NCBI GenBank assembly: GCA_964386535.1
Contig: CAYLRY010000009.1
Coordinates: forward strand, 328-64,327
Origin: an uncultured Dehalococcoidales bacterium
GTDB lineage: Bacteria > Chloroflexota > Dehalococcoidia > Dehalococcoidales > UBA3254
DNA: 64,000 nucleotides
Direction of reading: 5' to 3'
In this document: positions 40,979 through 50,650 of the stretch, piece by piece
How positions within the stretch are numbered: the first letter of the stretch is position 1
Layout of the letters: every line of letters begins with the position of its first letter
Program-made: the position numbers and the translations under genes
The notes under the pieces: generated by a model
The model's database searches: none
The model's input: the letters and a program-made list of their open reading frames with translations, nothing else
Told to the model about the DNA's origin: nothing

Positions 40979-41039
40979 TTGATTACCCCTTTATTTCACG
41001 GAATTGTATCTATCTGATAAACTATTAAAGGAAGTATAT

Positions 41040-42431
41040 ATGAAAAAAACTACCAGAACAATATCCGGCATAACACCGATAGCGGTTATGACTAAGCCTA
41101 TGGGATGCCCCGGTAAGTGTGTATATTGCCCAACTTTCAACGCCACCCCTCAAAGCTACACCCCGGAGTCTCCCGCAGTGCTGCGCGCTCGTGAGTGTCA
41201 GTACGATGCTGCCGAACAAGTTAAACTGAGACTCAAAACTCTAACTGAAATGGGTCACCCCACCGATAAGGTCGAGCTAATCATTATGGGTGGCACTTTC
41301 CCAGCCGCTCCAAGAGAATATCAGGACGGCTTTATCAAGGACTGTTTTGATGCGCTGAACGGTCAGGCCTCAAATAGTCTTCAGGAGGCAATGCTTGTCA
41401 ACGAGACCGCTGTTCACCGTTGTACGGGGTTATGCATCGAGACGCGCCCAGATTTTTGTAGACAGGCAGAGATAGACCATATGCTGGAATACGGCACCAC
41501 GAGAGTGGAAATTGGGGTCCAGATGCTCAGCGATGCTATTTATCAGTACGTAAAAAGGGGTCATACGGTAGAAGATGTGGTGAAAGCCACCGCTCTGCTT
41601 AGAGAAAACGGCCTCAAAGTCCACTATCACTGGATGCCTGGACTACCTGGAGCCACTCCTGAACTGGATCTCAGGTTGTCCAATATGCTGTGGGACGATC
41701 CACGTTTCCGTCCGGACGGCCTTAAAATCTACCCTACCATGGTAGTAGAAGGTACTGAGTTGGAAAAATGGTACCTTGAAAATAAATTTGAACCCTATCC
41801 TGATGATATTATGATAGATCTGATCGCGGACATTAAAGCCAGGGTACCTGAATATGTACGTATTTCCAGGGTCTTACGTGACATCCCATCCAAATTCATA
41901 GTCGGCGGCTTACGTGACTCGCTGCGGGACCCTCTCAAACAGCGTATGACTCAAAAGGGAACTCGTTGTCAATGTATTCGCTGTCGTGAATACGGCTTCC
42001 GCATCCGTGATGGCTGGCATCCGGACGAACCTCACCTGGCACGCCTGGAATATGAAGCTGCGGGAGGTAAGGAAATCTTCCTTTCTTTCAAGGATGATCA
42101 GGAGACATTATTTGGGCTGCTTAGATTGAGAATCCAGGATCGACCTGTCCCCGGTTTACCTGAGCATCTGCGTGATCAGACAGCTTTGGTACGTGAATTA
42201 CACGTCTTTGGTCCGGAACTGTCTCTAAGTCAACGCGACTCCACAGCCGCCCAGCATCGCGGTCTGGGAAAAGCCTTGCTAAAAGAAGCTGAATATATTA
42301 CTTCACAAGAATTCCGTCGTGATTGGTTAGCTGTCCTCAGTGGAGTTGGCGCCCGTCAATATTACAGAGCTGAAGGTTACAGGCTCCAGGGAGCTTATAT
42401 GGTTAAAAAGGTCCGTAACTTGAATGATTAG
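41040..42431 (+). CDS. elp3: Elp3-type radical SAM / GNAT tRNA U34 carboxymethyl-modification enzyme
   Basis: 463 aa from ATG 41040 (AAAGGAAG SD). Radical-SAM cluster CPGKCVYCP and a C-terminal GNAT half (QHRGLGKALLKEAE). Closely resembles the Dehalococcoides mccartyi Elp3 sequence as I remember it. Confidence 0.9.
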   Translation: MKKTTRTISGITPIAVMTKPMGCPGKCVYCPTFNATPQSYTPESPAVLRARECQYDAAEQVKLRLKTLTEMGHPTDKVELIIMGGTFPAAPREYQDGFIKDCFDALNGQASNSLQEAMLVNETAVHRCTGLCIETRPDFCRQAEIDHMLEYGTTRVEIGVQMLSDAIYQYVKRGHTVEDVVKATALLRENGLKVHYHWMPGLPGATPELDLRLSNMLWDDPRFRPDGLKIYPTMVVEGTELEKWYLENKFEPYPDDIMIDLIADIKARVPEYVRISRVLRDIPSKFIVGGLRDSLRDPLKQRMTQKGTRCQCIRCREYGFRIRDGWHPDEPHLARLEYEAAGGKEIFLSFKDDQETLFGLLRLRIQDRPVPGLPEHLRDQTALVRELHVFGPELSLSQRDSTAAQHRGLGKALLKEAEYITSQEFRRDWLAVLSGVGARQYYRAEGYRLQGAYMVKKVRNLND

Positions 42432-42614
42432 TTTTGCCTGTGCACCCTATCTTTGGCAATCAGCATTATAGTCAATGATTTATAGTAATCATTACTTCTG
42501 TCTTTAAGCCAGTACCCCTTATTATATCTGTTTGGAGTCACCGTTCTCCTCTTTACCGAGTGGACGAAACCTCTGGTGATGGGTGTGAAGAATAACTTTC
42601 CAGGTAAGGCTCAT

Positions 42615-43001
42615 TTAATTCTTTGTCTCCCGCTGATTCTCAATTTCCCATAAGCGCGCATCACCTATACCGAAGTGGTGGGCTATTTCATGGCGGACCA
42701 CTCGCCGGATTTCTTCTTTGATACACATTTCATCGGCACCACATTTGGCTTCTATGCTCTTCTGAAAAATGGTCACTTTATCCGGCGGAACCATGCCATA
42801 GCCAGTATGTCGCATAGTCAGGGGTACCCCCTCATATAACCCCAGCAATATCATCGAATTTCTCAATCCTGCTTGCCGCATCTGGCGGCGGGACGGCAGG
42901 TCCTCAACAGTCACATCGATATTTTCCAGCCTTTCCTGGAACTCCTCCGGCAAACCTTCCATAGCTTCGGCTACCAGTTGCTCGAATCTTGCCCTATCCA
43001 T
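42615..43001 (-). CDS. Zincin-like metallopeptidase family protein (Zincin_1/DUF1025-like)
   Basis: 128 aa with HEIAHHFG near the C-terminus and an acidic N-terminal helix. Confidence 0.75.
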   Translation of the reverse strand: MDRARFEQLVAEAMEGLPEEFQERLENIDVTVEDLPSRRQMRQAGLRNSMILLGLYEGVPLTMRHTGYGMVPPDKVTIFQKSIEAKCGADEMCIKEEIRRVVRHEIAHHFGIGDARLWEIENQRETKN

Positions 43002-43005
43002 TTTC

Positions 43006-44166
43006 TTATCTGGCCTTGTTCAAGAAATCAACGGCCCACTGGATTGCCTCATCGCCGGTTTGAGTAAGAATATTATCCGGCGTAATTCCCTTTCCTTCGA
43101 TCTCACGACCGTTCGGCGTCAACCAGCGGCCTATGGTTAGATAAATGGCAGATCCGTCACTCAGTTCAAAAAAGGAATTATAACTGCCTTTTCCTAGAGT
43201 TGCAGTACCGGCAATAGTAGCACGTTTGTAGTCCTGCAAAGCCCCAGAAAGAACCTCACTGGCGCTAGCGCTGTACTGGTCCACCAATACCACCATTGGT
43301 AGTGTGGTATAAACGCCATTAGGCCTAACTGATTCTGAAGTGGTTTTCCCCTGATTGTCTCTTAAGGTAATTATCACTCCTTCTTTGATAAAATGACTGG
43401 CCACATCTATGAGGGCTGTTACCAGGCCGCCTGGATTGGAGCGTAAATCAAGTATTATTCCCCTGGCTTTATTCAAATCCATATTTTTTAACGCTGAATT
43501 AACTTCCAGGTTAGTCCGTTCATTAAAACTATATATTCTTATATAAGCCACATTATCTTCCATCTGGTATTCAACCGAGGTAGAATTGATTTCTTCCCGT
43601 GTTATCATAATCTCTACAGGTTCCTCTGAGTCCTGGTGAATTATTACCAGTTTAACTTTAGTTCCTACCGGACCCCTGACCATGGATATGGTTTCCAGAA
43701 GACTCAATCCTTCGGTAGCCTTATCATCCACAGCTTTGATAATATCACCTGTTCTGATTCCGGCTCTTTCCGCCGGCGAACCCTTCATAGGTGCCACTAT
43801 AATAGGCTCTTTATTTTTATTAACTGATACCGAAGCGCCTATCCCACCGAAACTTCCCTGCATATCACTTTTTTCAAACTCATATGCTTCAGCATTTAAG
43901 TATCCCGAATACGGATCATCCAGAGCCTGCACAATGCCCTTTAAGGCTCCTTCGTTAAGCGCAGCAGACTCAACCTTCTCTGGTTCCACATAATAACGGC
44001 TGATGATATTCCAAGCCTCATTCATTAAACCTGCATTCAAACCCTGTGTTGGCGCAGGAGCAGTTGTCCGTGTTCCCAGGCTGAGCATGCAGCCTGCTCC
44101 AAAAACCATTGAAAGCACCAATATAGATAGTATGCATACCAGACCGAGTTTCGTTTTTCTTTGCAT
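43006..44166 (-). CDS. ctpA: S41 family C-terminal processing peptidase with PDZ domain
   Basis: 386 aa. Signal/TM segment, PDZ (GDIIKAVDD), SASASEV catalytic-Ser block and a downstream Lys block (GKGS). Confidence 0.9.
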   Translation of the reverse strand: MQRKTKLGLVCILSILVLSMVFGAGCMLSLGTRTTAPAPTQGLNAGLMNEAWNIISRYYVEPEKVESAALNEGALKGIVQALDDPYSGYLNAEAYEFEKSDMQGSFGGIGASVSVNKNKEPIIVAPMKGSPAERAGIRTGDIIKAVDDKATEGLSLLETISMVRGPVGTKVKLVIIHQDSEEPVEIMITREEINSTSVEYQMEDNVAYIRIYSFNERTNLEVNSALKNMDLNKARGIILDLRSNPGGLVTALIDVASHFIKEGVIITLRDNQGKTTSESVRPNGVYTTLPMVVLVDQYSASASEVLSGALQDYKRATIAGTATLGKGSYNSFFELSDGSAIYLTIGRWLTPNGREIEGKGITPDNILTQTGDEAIQWAVDFLNKAR

Positions 44167-44400
44167 TAAACCAACCTCACATATACCCTTTTAAGACTCA
44201 ATATTTTAAGAAACAGCCAATTAAAATTATACTTATATTCTCATTTCAAGTACACCAACCCGGATTGACCTTAATTTAGCTGAAAAGCCAATTGCAGTGA
44301 ACTATAAAGGACTTAATCAATTCTAAAGATTAAAGAAGCATTTTCCCATTCTTTTAAATCAAGATAACTTTAATCTGGGTTTTTCTGTGCCTACTTAGCT

Positions 44401-45126
44401 CTACATCCAGATTAAACGCAGAAAACTGGCCACGGCTAAGGCTGCCGTTTCTACTCGCAGGACAGTTGGCCCCAGAGAGACCGGTTGATAGCCAGCTTTC
44501 AGTATTAATTGTACTTCCTCCAGACTAAAATCTCCCTCAGGGCCAATCAGCACGAGCGTATTCGCCGGTAATTGATCTGGCAGCACCTCCCGGATAGGCT
44601 GACTTGCTACCGTCAATGTCGGCACCAGCTTTAAATCATATTTAGCAGCCTGTTCCAGGACTTCTGAAATTTTCTTAATAGGTGAAATTAAGGGTAGCCT
44701 GTTTCTTCCGCTTTGCTCTGCCGCACTCCTGGCAATCTTTTTCCAGCGCATCAGGCGGCTTTCTTTCATATCTTCCCTTTGGATATTCGCCCTTTCGGTT
44801 ACCAGCGGAATAATACTGTCCACTCCAAGTTGCGTCAGCTTGTCTATAATATCATCCATTCTGGACTGCTTGGGAACGGCGCAAGCAATACTGATTTTTG
44901 TATTTGCGCCTGGTTGAGGCGGTTTTCTTTCCTTAATTTCCAAAATAGCCTCTTTCCGTTTTATTGAATTGATAATACTGACCCATACATTCCCTTCATT
45001 GTCGAAAACCACCACCTGGTCTCCTGGTTTCAAACGCAAAACGTTCTTCATATGGTGCAATTGCTCAGGGTCTGAGAACGAAATTTTTCCGCCGTATACA
45101 GGCTTATCAATGTAAAACCGGTTCAT
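44401..45126 (-). CDS. rsmE: 16S rRNA (uracil1498-N3)-methyltransferase RsmE
   Basis: Start set to ATG 45126 (MNRFYID...) after GGAGAAAC. PUA-like N-terminus (HHMKNVLRLKPGD) and SPOUT C-terminus (LIGPEGDFS, LGPTVLRVETA). Confidence 0.85.
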   Translation of the reverse strand: MNRFYIDKPVYGGKISFSDPEQLHHMKNVLRLKPGDQVVVFDNEGNVWVSIINSIKRKEAILEIKERKPPQPGANTKISIACAVPKQSRMDDIIDKLTQLGVDSIIPLVTERANIQREDMKESRLMRWKKIARSAAEQSGRNRLPLISPIKKISEVLEQAAKYDLKLVPTLTVASQPIREVLPDQLPANTLVLIGPEGDFSLEEVQLILKAGYQPVSLGPTVLRVETAALAVASFLRLIWM

Positions 45127-45247
45127 GTTTTTGTTTCTCCAACTACTTTCTATAAGTATTGTAATATTTTTCCGGATTAAGTACCCTGTTTCAATCATGC
45201 CTCTTTAAACTTTCCTTAGAAGCTGATTTCCTGTACAATGATTATTG

Positions 45248-46111
45248 ATGTTTACAACAGTAATTGGAAGCTACCCGCTTAAATATGCCCAGTTGGGGAA
45301 AGATGCTATTCTGCGGTCCGTACAGGACCAGTTGGACGCCGGGATTGATCTGGTTAGTGACGGCCAGACCCGTTTTGATATGATCGAATGCTTTGCCAGA
45401 ATTATTGAAGGCTATTCTTTTGAGACTAAAAGCTTTATTAAGAGCAAGATTGGCAGGGCATTACCGGACTTTTTACTTGAAGACCTGGAAACTGCCAGAG
45501 GGTTAACACCTCATGTTAAGGGCATCATCACCGGACCCATAACACTGGTATTCTCCTCCAGGATCAAAGGTTTTTACCGGGGATATCATGATGAGGGTAT
45601 ATATATGGATACCGCTGGAGCCCTGCTGGATATTGCCCTGGCTATGGAACGGCAGGGGGCTGAATGGATCCAGATTGACGAGCCTTATTTATCCGTGGGT
45701 GCTCCAATGGATATTGCTAAAAAAGCCATTGAAAGCATCAGTACTAAAATAAAGGTTCCAGTAGCCCTGCATGTCTGCGGGAAAGTGGTTTCAATTATCG
45801 AGCAGTTGCTGGAAATAAAAGGAGTGATGCTTCTTTCTCATGGTTTCAAGGGAGAAGATAATATTTCAATTCTCTCTAATGAAAAATTAGCCTCTTCTAA
45901 CAGAGTCCTGGGTTTGGGTTGCGTAAACACCAAAAATCGCCGGGTCGAGGATGTTGAAGAAATCAGTGATATTATACGGACCGCCCTTAAAAGCCTACCT
46001 CCGGATAGGCTAGTTATACATCCGGATTGCGGCTTAAGACTGCTTGATCGGGAGACTGCTATAGGTAAAATGAAGAACATGGTACATGCCAGTCGTATGG
46101 CTCTTCAATAA
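45248..46111 (+). CDS. Cobalamin-independent methionine synthase (MetE) catalytic-domain-only homolog
   Basis: About 287 aa. GSYP N-terminus, IQIDEP, HVCG (His-x-Cys) and HPDCGL, as in the Meth_synt_2 domain. No N-terminal folate-binding domain. ATG 45248, with an alternative TTG at 45245. Confidence 0.7.
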   Translation: MFTTVIGSYPLKYAQLGKDAILRSVQDQLDAGIDLVSDGQTRFDMIECFARIIEGYSFETKSFIKSKIGRALPDFLLEDLETARGLTPHVKGIITGPITLVFSSRIKGFYRGYHDEGIYMDTAGALLDIALAMERQGAEWIQIDEPYLSVGAPMDIAKKAIESISTKIKVPVALHVCGKVVSIIEQLLEIKGVMLLSHGFKGEDNISILSNEKLASSNRVLGLGCVNTKNRRVEDVEEISDIIRTALKSLPPDRLVIHPDCGLRLLDRETAIGKMKNMVHASRMALQ

Positions 46112-46266
46112 TAAGTGTTGGCTCAAGTGTAAAAAGGTCTTATAACTGTATTTTTAGCAAATTTTCGAAGCTAAATTTCTGAATAAAATGTTTAAATACT
46201 GCCGTTTTGCAGTACAGTCAGTGTTGATAAAATAGTCTTCCCTGGATCCTTTTCAGTTGTCCCTGT

Positions 46267-47697
46267 CTATGATCCATCCCGGGGGTTTTCGCTCCTGGTA
46301 GCTGATTTTCCCCTGAACAGTGAGACGAAAATACCTGAAAAGCATAGAAAGCTGAAAATACCGAAAGCCACTCGCGTGCTGGTAATAAAAGCAGGATAGG
46401 ATTCTGAGGTAATTTCTACCCGTCCGATAACCAGGGCCATAACCACCATGGTTATACCCATACTCAGCATATTTCCCATTGAAATCATGGTGCTCATGGT
46501 AGCTGAAGCAATGCCATAAAACTGGGGGCTAACCGAGCTCATGATAGCGTTTGTGTTAGGCGACAAAAACAGGGCAAAACCAGCTCCCAAGACAATAAGT
46601 GCTACGATTATTGGCCATATGGAACTGTCCTTTGTCAAAAAAACAAATGAAAGCAATCCGCCGAAAGTTAGCGCCATGCCCATGGTAGCTACAATCCTGG
46701 GTTCTATTTTTTCGGATAAGATCCCGGCAAAAGGAGATAGAATGGCCTGCAATACAGGTTGGGCAATTAAAATCAGCCCGGCCTGTGCCGGTGACAGTCC
46801 CTTAATATATTGCAAATAAAGGCTCAAGAAGTAGACCATGGCAGCCACAGCGGAAAAGTTGATTAAAGCTGTTAAATTTGAGAAAACAAAAGGCCGGTTG
46901 TTCCTGAAAACGTTAACATTAAGCACAGGCACATAAGTACGGCTTTCCCATTTAAAAAAAGCCACCAGACCCAGCAACCCTGCAAAAATGAAAACCCCGC
47001 CAAGCACATCTGGTAAGATGGAGAAACCGTACATCAGGAAAGTAATAGTTATAGCAAAAATTATGGACCCCGTTAGATCGAATTTTTCACCCCTGGCCGC
47101 TGCCCATTCACCTTTAATCCTCCAGAAAAGAAGCATTGCTAAAATTAAACCGAACGGAATTACAAAGCCGAAAATGCTTCTCCATCCCAGATTTTCCGTC
47201 AGTAATCCGCCCAAATATGGTCCGGCTGATGAGCCGACGGAAATGCAGGCAAGACTGATGCCCAGAGCTCGGCCTCTTTCACAAGCCGGGTAAATAGCTG
47301 TTATCAGAGCCAGGGAACTCACCAGGATCATAGCTCCTCCAACTCCCTGTAAAGCCCTCCCTGTAACCAATATAAATGAAGAACTAGAGCACATGATCAA
47401 AGCTGATGTCAGGGTATAGATAATCAGGCCTATGCCAAAAATTTTTTTTATGCCGATAATATCGGCTATTCTGCCGAAAGGAATTGAGAAAACGGCTATA
47501 GTCACCACATAGGCAGTTACTATCCAATTTAAAAGAATAGCGTCAGCATTGAATTCCTGACCAATCCGCGGAAGGGCCACATTCAAGGCCGGTATCATAA
47601 AAGCAATAAGGAATACTGCTATTGAGGTAATCAAAAGTGATAAGGTTTTGTAATTACGTTTTTCAAAAGATGCTGGTAGATCAGATTTGAGGCGCAT
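46267..47697 (-). CDS. MFS transporter, DHA2 (14-TMS, EmrB/QacA-like)
   Basis: 476 aa with about 14 hydrophobic segments. GRIADIIGIKK motif. AAGGAA SD. Confidence 0.9.
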   Translation of the reverse strand: MRLKSDLPASFEKRNYKTLSLLITSIAVFLIAFMIPALNVALPRIGQEFNADAILLNWIVTAYVVTIAVFSIPFGRIADIIGIKKIFGIGLIIYTLTSALIMCSSSSFILVTGRALQGVGGAMILVSSLALITAIYPACERGRALGISLACISVGSSAGPYLGGLLTENLGWRSIFGFVIPFGLILAMLLFWRIKGEWAAARGEKFDLTGSIIFAITITFLMYGFSILPDVLGGVFIFAGLLGLVAFFKWESRTYVPVLNVNVFRNNRPFVFSNLTALINFSAVAAMVYFLSLYLQYIKGLSPAQAGLILIAQPVLQAILSPFAGILSEKIEPRIVATMGMALTFGGLLSFVFLTKDSSIWPIIVALIVLGAGFALFLSPNTNAIMSSVSPQFYGIASATMSTMISMGNMLSMGITMVVMALVIGRVEITSESYPAFITSTRVAFGIFSFLCFSGIFVSLFRGKSATRSENPRDGS

Positions 47698-48061
47698 AAC
47701 TAATTCCTTGATTCGTTAATACTCTGTACCGCAATTAGGGAAAAATAAACATAGAATTAAGCTGAATTGGCTTAGTGGGAAAACACCATTGTGGCTTTCA
47801 GTTGGTCTCCGATCTGCGCTTAACGCTTGAAGGCATAATATTTGTTGTCTTGGTTAATTATATCGCTATAGAGCATTCACATCAATTTTTCCTCCTGCAC
47901 TTTCCACTCCTTATTCATAAGACCATAACTGGTCTATTATGGGAGTATATTCTCCAACCGGCGTTTTGCTTATTGACATCCGCAGTTTTAACGAGTTATT
48001 GTTATTAACAAAGATAAAGCTAAATCCAAAACATAAATAACCTGATTAAGGAGGATGATTA

Positions 48062-48403
48062 ATGGAAATAGGAGACAAGAAAGTTGGTACAGTGAATATC
48101 CTTTATATTAGCGGGCGGCTGGATGCCTATGCCGCTAATGATGTTGAGAAAAAATTAAGCTCTATAACCGAGGTTACACCGGTTAATTTAATAATCAGCA
48201 TGGAAAAACTTGAATATATCAGCAGTTCTGGACTCAGGGTTCTGCTGGCTGCATTGAAAAAAGCCCGTAAACAACAGGGAGATATCAGATTAGCCTGTCT
48301 TCAGCCTTATGTAAAAGAGGTCTTTGACGTTGCCGGTTTTACGCAGTTATTCAAGGTGTTTGATAAAGAAAACGAGGCTATCGACAGTTACAAAGGGGTA
48401 TAA
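48062..48403 (+). CDS. STAS-domain anti-sigma-factor antagonist (SpoIIAA/RsbV-like)
   Basis: 113 aa. LEYISSSGLRVLL contains the conserved phosphorylatable Ser context. AAGGAGG SD. Confidence 0.85.
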   Translation: MEIGDKKVGTVNILYISGRLDAYAANDVEKKLSSITEVTPVNLIISMEKLEYISSSGLRVLLAALKKARKQQGDIRLACLQPYVKEVFDVAGFTQLFKVFDKENEAIDSYKGV

Positions 48404-48404
48404 C

Positions 48405-50129
48405 TTGAAAATAACAACAGCGGCTTTGCTACTCAAATATTTAAAAGCTGAAGGTGTGGACTATATTTTTGGCGTACCGGGGACCTCCATAGTCCCCATC
48501 TTTGCAGCTATAAATAAACACGGTGATGTAAAACCCATACTGGCCAAACATGAAGAAGGGGCTGCCTTTATGGCCGATGGATACGCTCGTGTAAGCGGCA
48601 AAGTGGGTGTATGCTACGCCACATCAGGCCCTGGTGCGACCAACCTGGTTAGCGGAGTAGCTACAGCCTATATGGACAATGTCCCGCTGCTGGTTATTAC
48701 TGGTCAGGTAGCTACCAATGTCTATGGCAAAGGAGCTTTTCAGGATTCTACCAAATCAGGTATCGATTCTGTAGCCATGCTTGACCCAATGACTAAATAC
48801 AGCACGATGATCATGTCAAAGTATAAGGTGCCTGAGACCATCCGGGAAGCTTTAAGAATTGCCAATAGCGGTAAAAAAGGCCCGGTACATCTTAGCTGTC
48901 CCAAGGACATTATGGAAGCTGAAATTGAAGATAGCCTGCTCCCCCCGTCTTCTTACCGGATTTCATCCGAATATTTTGATAGAAAACTGGTTATTGAGGC
49001 GGCAGCCAGACTGGTAAAGGCTAAAAGGCCGGCTATACTGGTTGGCTCCGGCGTGATTTCTTCAGGCGCTGAATCCCAGGTGTTGGAACTGGCTGAGATG
49101 CTCAATATACCTGTTGCCACCAGTCCTAAAGCCAAAGGGGCATTTCCGGAAAACCATGGACTTGCCCTTGGCGTCCTGGGTTTCTGCGGCTCCCCTTCTG
49201 CTGAAGAGTATATTATGAAAAGCGGCGTAGATGTTCTGCTGGTTGCCGGCGCCAGTCTGAATCAGATCACTACCTTTTCCTGGGATCCGCGTATTATGCC
49301 AAGCGATTGCCTCATTCATATAAATATTGATCCCTCGGAAATCGGCAAAAACTATCCTGCTCAAATTGGACTGGTCGGGGATTGCCGGGTGGTTCTGGAT
49401 GAAGTTCTCTTTAGAATTTTGAAAGAAATACAGGAGCACGACCCCACGTCAGAAAGACCGGTTTCACAAATAATTGATTTTAAAAAGAGGAATGGCCGCT
49501 TTGTGGAAGAGGACAAAATGTACTCCGAAGCGGTACCTATTAAACCGCAAAGATTGATGAAGGAACTGCAGGAGGTGCTGCCTAAGGATTCCATTGTCTT
49601 TTTTGATGTAGGGAACCATGTTTGCTGGGCAATTCACTACCTGCAATTTGAGCGTCCTAACTTTATTTCTCCCTTCGGTCTACTGACCATGGGTTATGCA
49701 ACTGCGGCTGCTATCGGCGGTAAACTGGCAGCCCCAGACAGACCTGTGATTGCCGTGGCGGGAGACGGATGCTTTATGATGAATGGAATGGAGATAGCTA
49801 CCGCAGTTAATCATGATATTCCTGTGGTATGGATCATTGAGAATAATGCCAGGCTGGGATTGGTCCATGAACTTCAGAAGCTGAGCCTGGGAGACAAAAC
49901 TGTGGCTACCACTTTCAAACCGGTGAACTGCGCCAAAATTGCTGAAGGACTGGGAGCACAGGCTTTTAGAATAGAGAGGCCGGATGAATTAGCCAGAGTT
50001 CTGCCCCTGGCTCTGGCAAGTAAAAAACCCACTGTTATTGATTGTATCATTGATCCGGACGAAGTCCCCCCCATTAACAGGTGGGCTAAAAGCGTGGGCG
50101 AATTTAATGCCAGGCTGGATTATTTGTAA
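48405..50129 (+). CDS. Thiamine pyrophosphate-dependent enzyme, acetolactate synthase large-subunit-like
   Basis: 574 aa from TTG 48405, one nt after the STAS stop TAA 48401-48403, with AAAGGGG SD. HEEGAAFMADGYAR, TSGPGATNLV and TPP motif GDGCFMMNGMEIATAVNHDIPVVWIIENNA. Confidence 0.9.
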   Translation: MKITTAALLLKYLKAEGVDYIFGVPGTSIVPIFAAINKHGDVKPILAKHEEGAAFMADGYARVSGKVGVCYATSGPGATNLVSGVATAYMDNVPLLVITGQVATNVYGKGAFQDSTKSGIDSVAMLDPMTKYSTMIMSKYKVPETIREALRIANSGKKGPVHLSCPKDIMEAEIEDSLLPPSSYRISSEYFDRKLVIEAAARLVKAKRPAILVGSGVISSGAESQVLELAEMLNIPVATSPKAKGAFPENHGLALGVLGFCGSPSAEEYIMKSGVDVLLVAGASLNQITTFSWDPRIMPSDCLIHINIDPSEIGKNYPAQIGLVGDCRVVLDEVLFRILKEIQEHDPTSERPVSQIIDFKKRNGRFVEEDKMYSEAVPIKPQRLMKELQEVLPKDSIVFFDVGNHVCWAIHYLQFERPNFISPFGLLTMGYATAAAIGGKLAAPDRPVIAVAGDGCFMMNGMEIATAVNHDIPVVWIIENNARLGLVHELQKLSLGDKTVATTFKPVNCAKIAEGLGAQAFRIERPDELARVLPLALASKKPTVIDCIIDPDEVPPINRWAKSVGEFNARLDYL

Positions 50130-50183
50130 ACCACCGAAAAACATGATTATAAAGAAATTTCTCAATGTTTTGGATTAAGGTAG

Positions 50184-50630
50184 TTGGATATGTTACCAGA
50201 GAAACATCAAATTGAACTTGAAAGCACCATTGACAATTTACCTGTCATCGGCGACTTCATCGAAGAGACCCTAAACCGTTTTCATGCTGATGCGGGTATT
50301 ATTTATAAGGTGCAATTGGTGGTTGACGAGGCCTGCACAAACGTTATTAATTACGCCTATGCAGAAGGGTCAGGCCCGCTAAAAATTATTCTGGAACTCG
50401 ATCAAGAAGATCTGGTAATCACCATTAAAGATAAAGGGAAACCTTTTAACCCCACTACCATACCTCCGCCTGATCTGAATGCTGACCTGGAAGATAGAAA
50501 AATTGGTGGTCTGGGAATCCATTTTATGAGAACCATGATGGATTCATTCAATTACTCATATGACCCTATTGAGGGCAATCAGTTGACCATGAAAAAGAAA
50601 CTGGGGAAACCATCTGTTTCTATTGATTGA
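50184..50630 (+). CDS. Anti-sigma regulatory factor, Ser/Thr protein kinase (RsbW/SpoIIAB-like, HATPase_c_2)
   Basis: 148 aa. N-box VVDEACTNVINYAY, G1 DKGKPFNP, G2 GGLGIHFM. Confidence 0.8.
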   Translation: MDMLPEKHQIELESTIDNLPVIGDFIEETLNRFHADAGIIYKVQLVVDEACTNVINYAYAEGSGPLKIILELDQEDLVITIKDKGKPFNPTTIPPPDLNADLEDRKIGGLGIHFMRTMMDSFNYSYDPIEGNQLTMKKKLGKPSVSID

Positions 50631-50650
50631 TCTCTGTCCTGGTATTTATG

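Noticed and set aside
48324-48404. The track's upstream start (48324) for the TPP enzyme, which overlaps the STAS gene by 80 nt.
   Set aside because: The extra 27 residues (MTLPVLRSYSRCLIKKTRLSTVTKGYN) are just the STAS gene read in another frame. TTG 48405 with an AAAGGGG SD gives the canonical N-terminus KITTAALLLKYLKAEGVDYIFGVPG.
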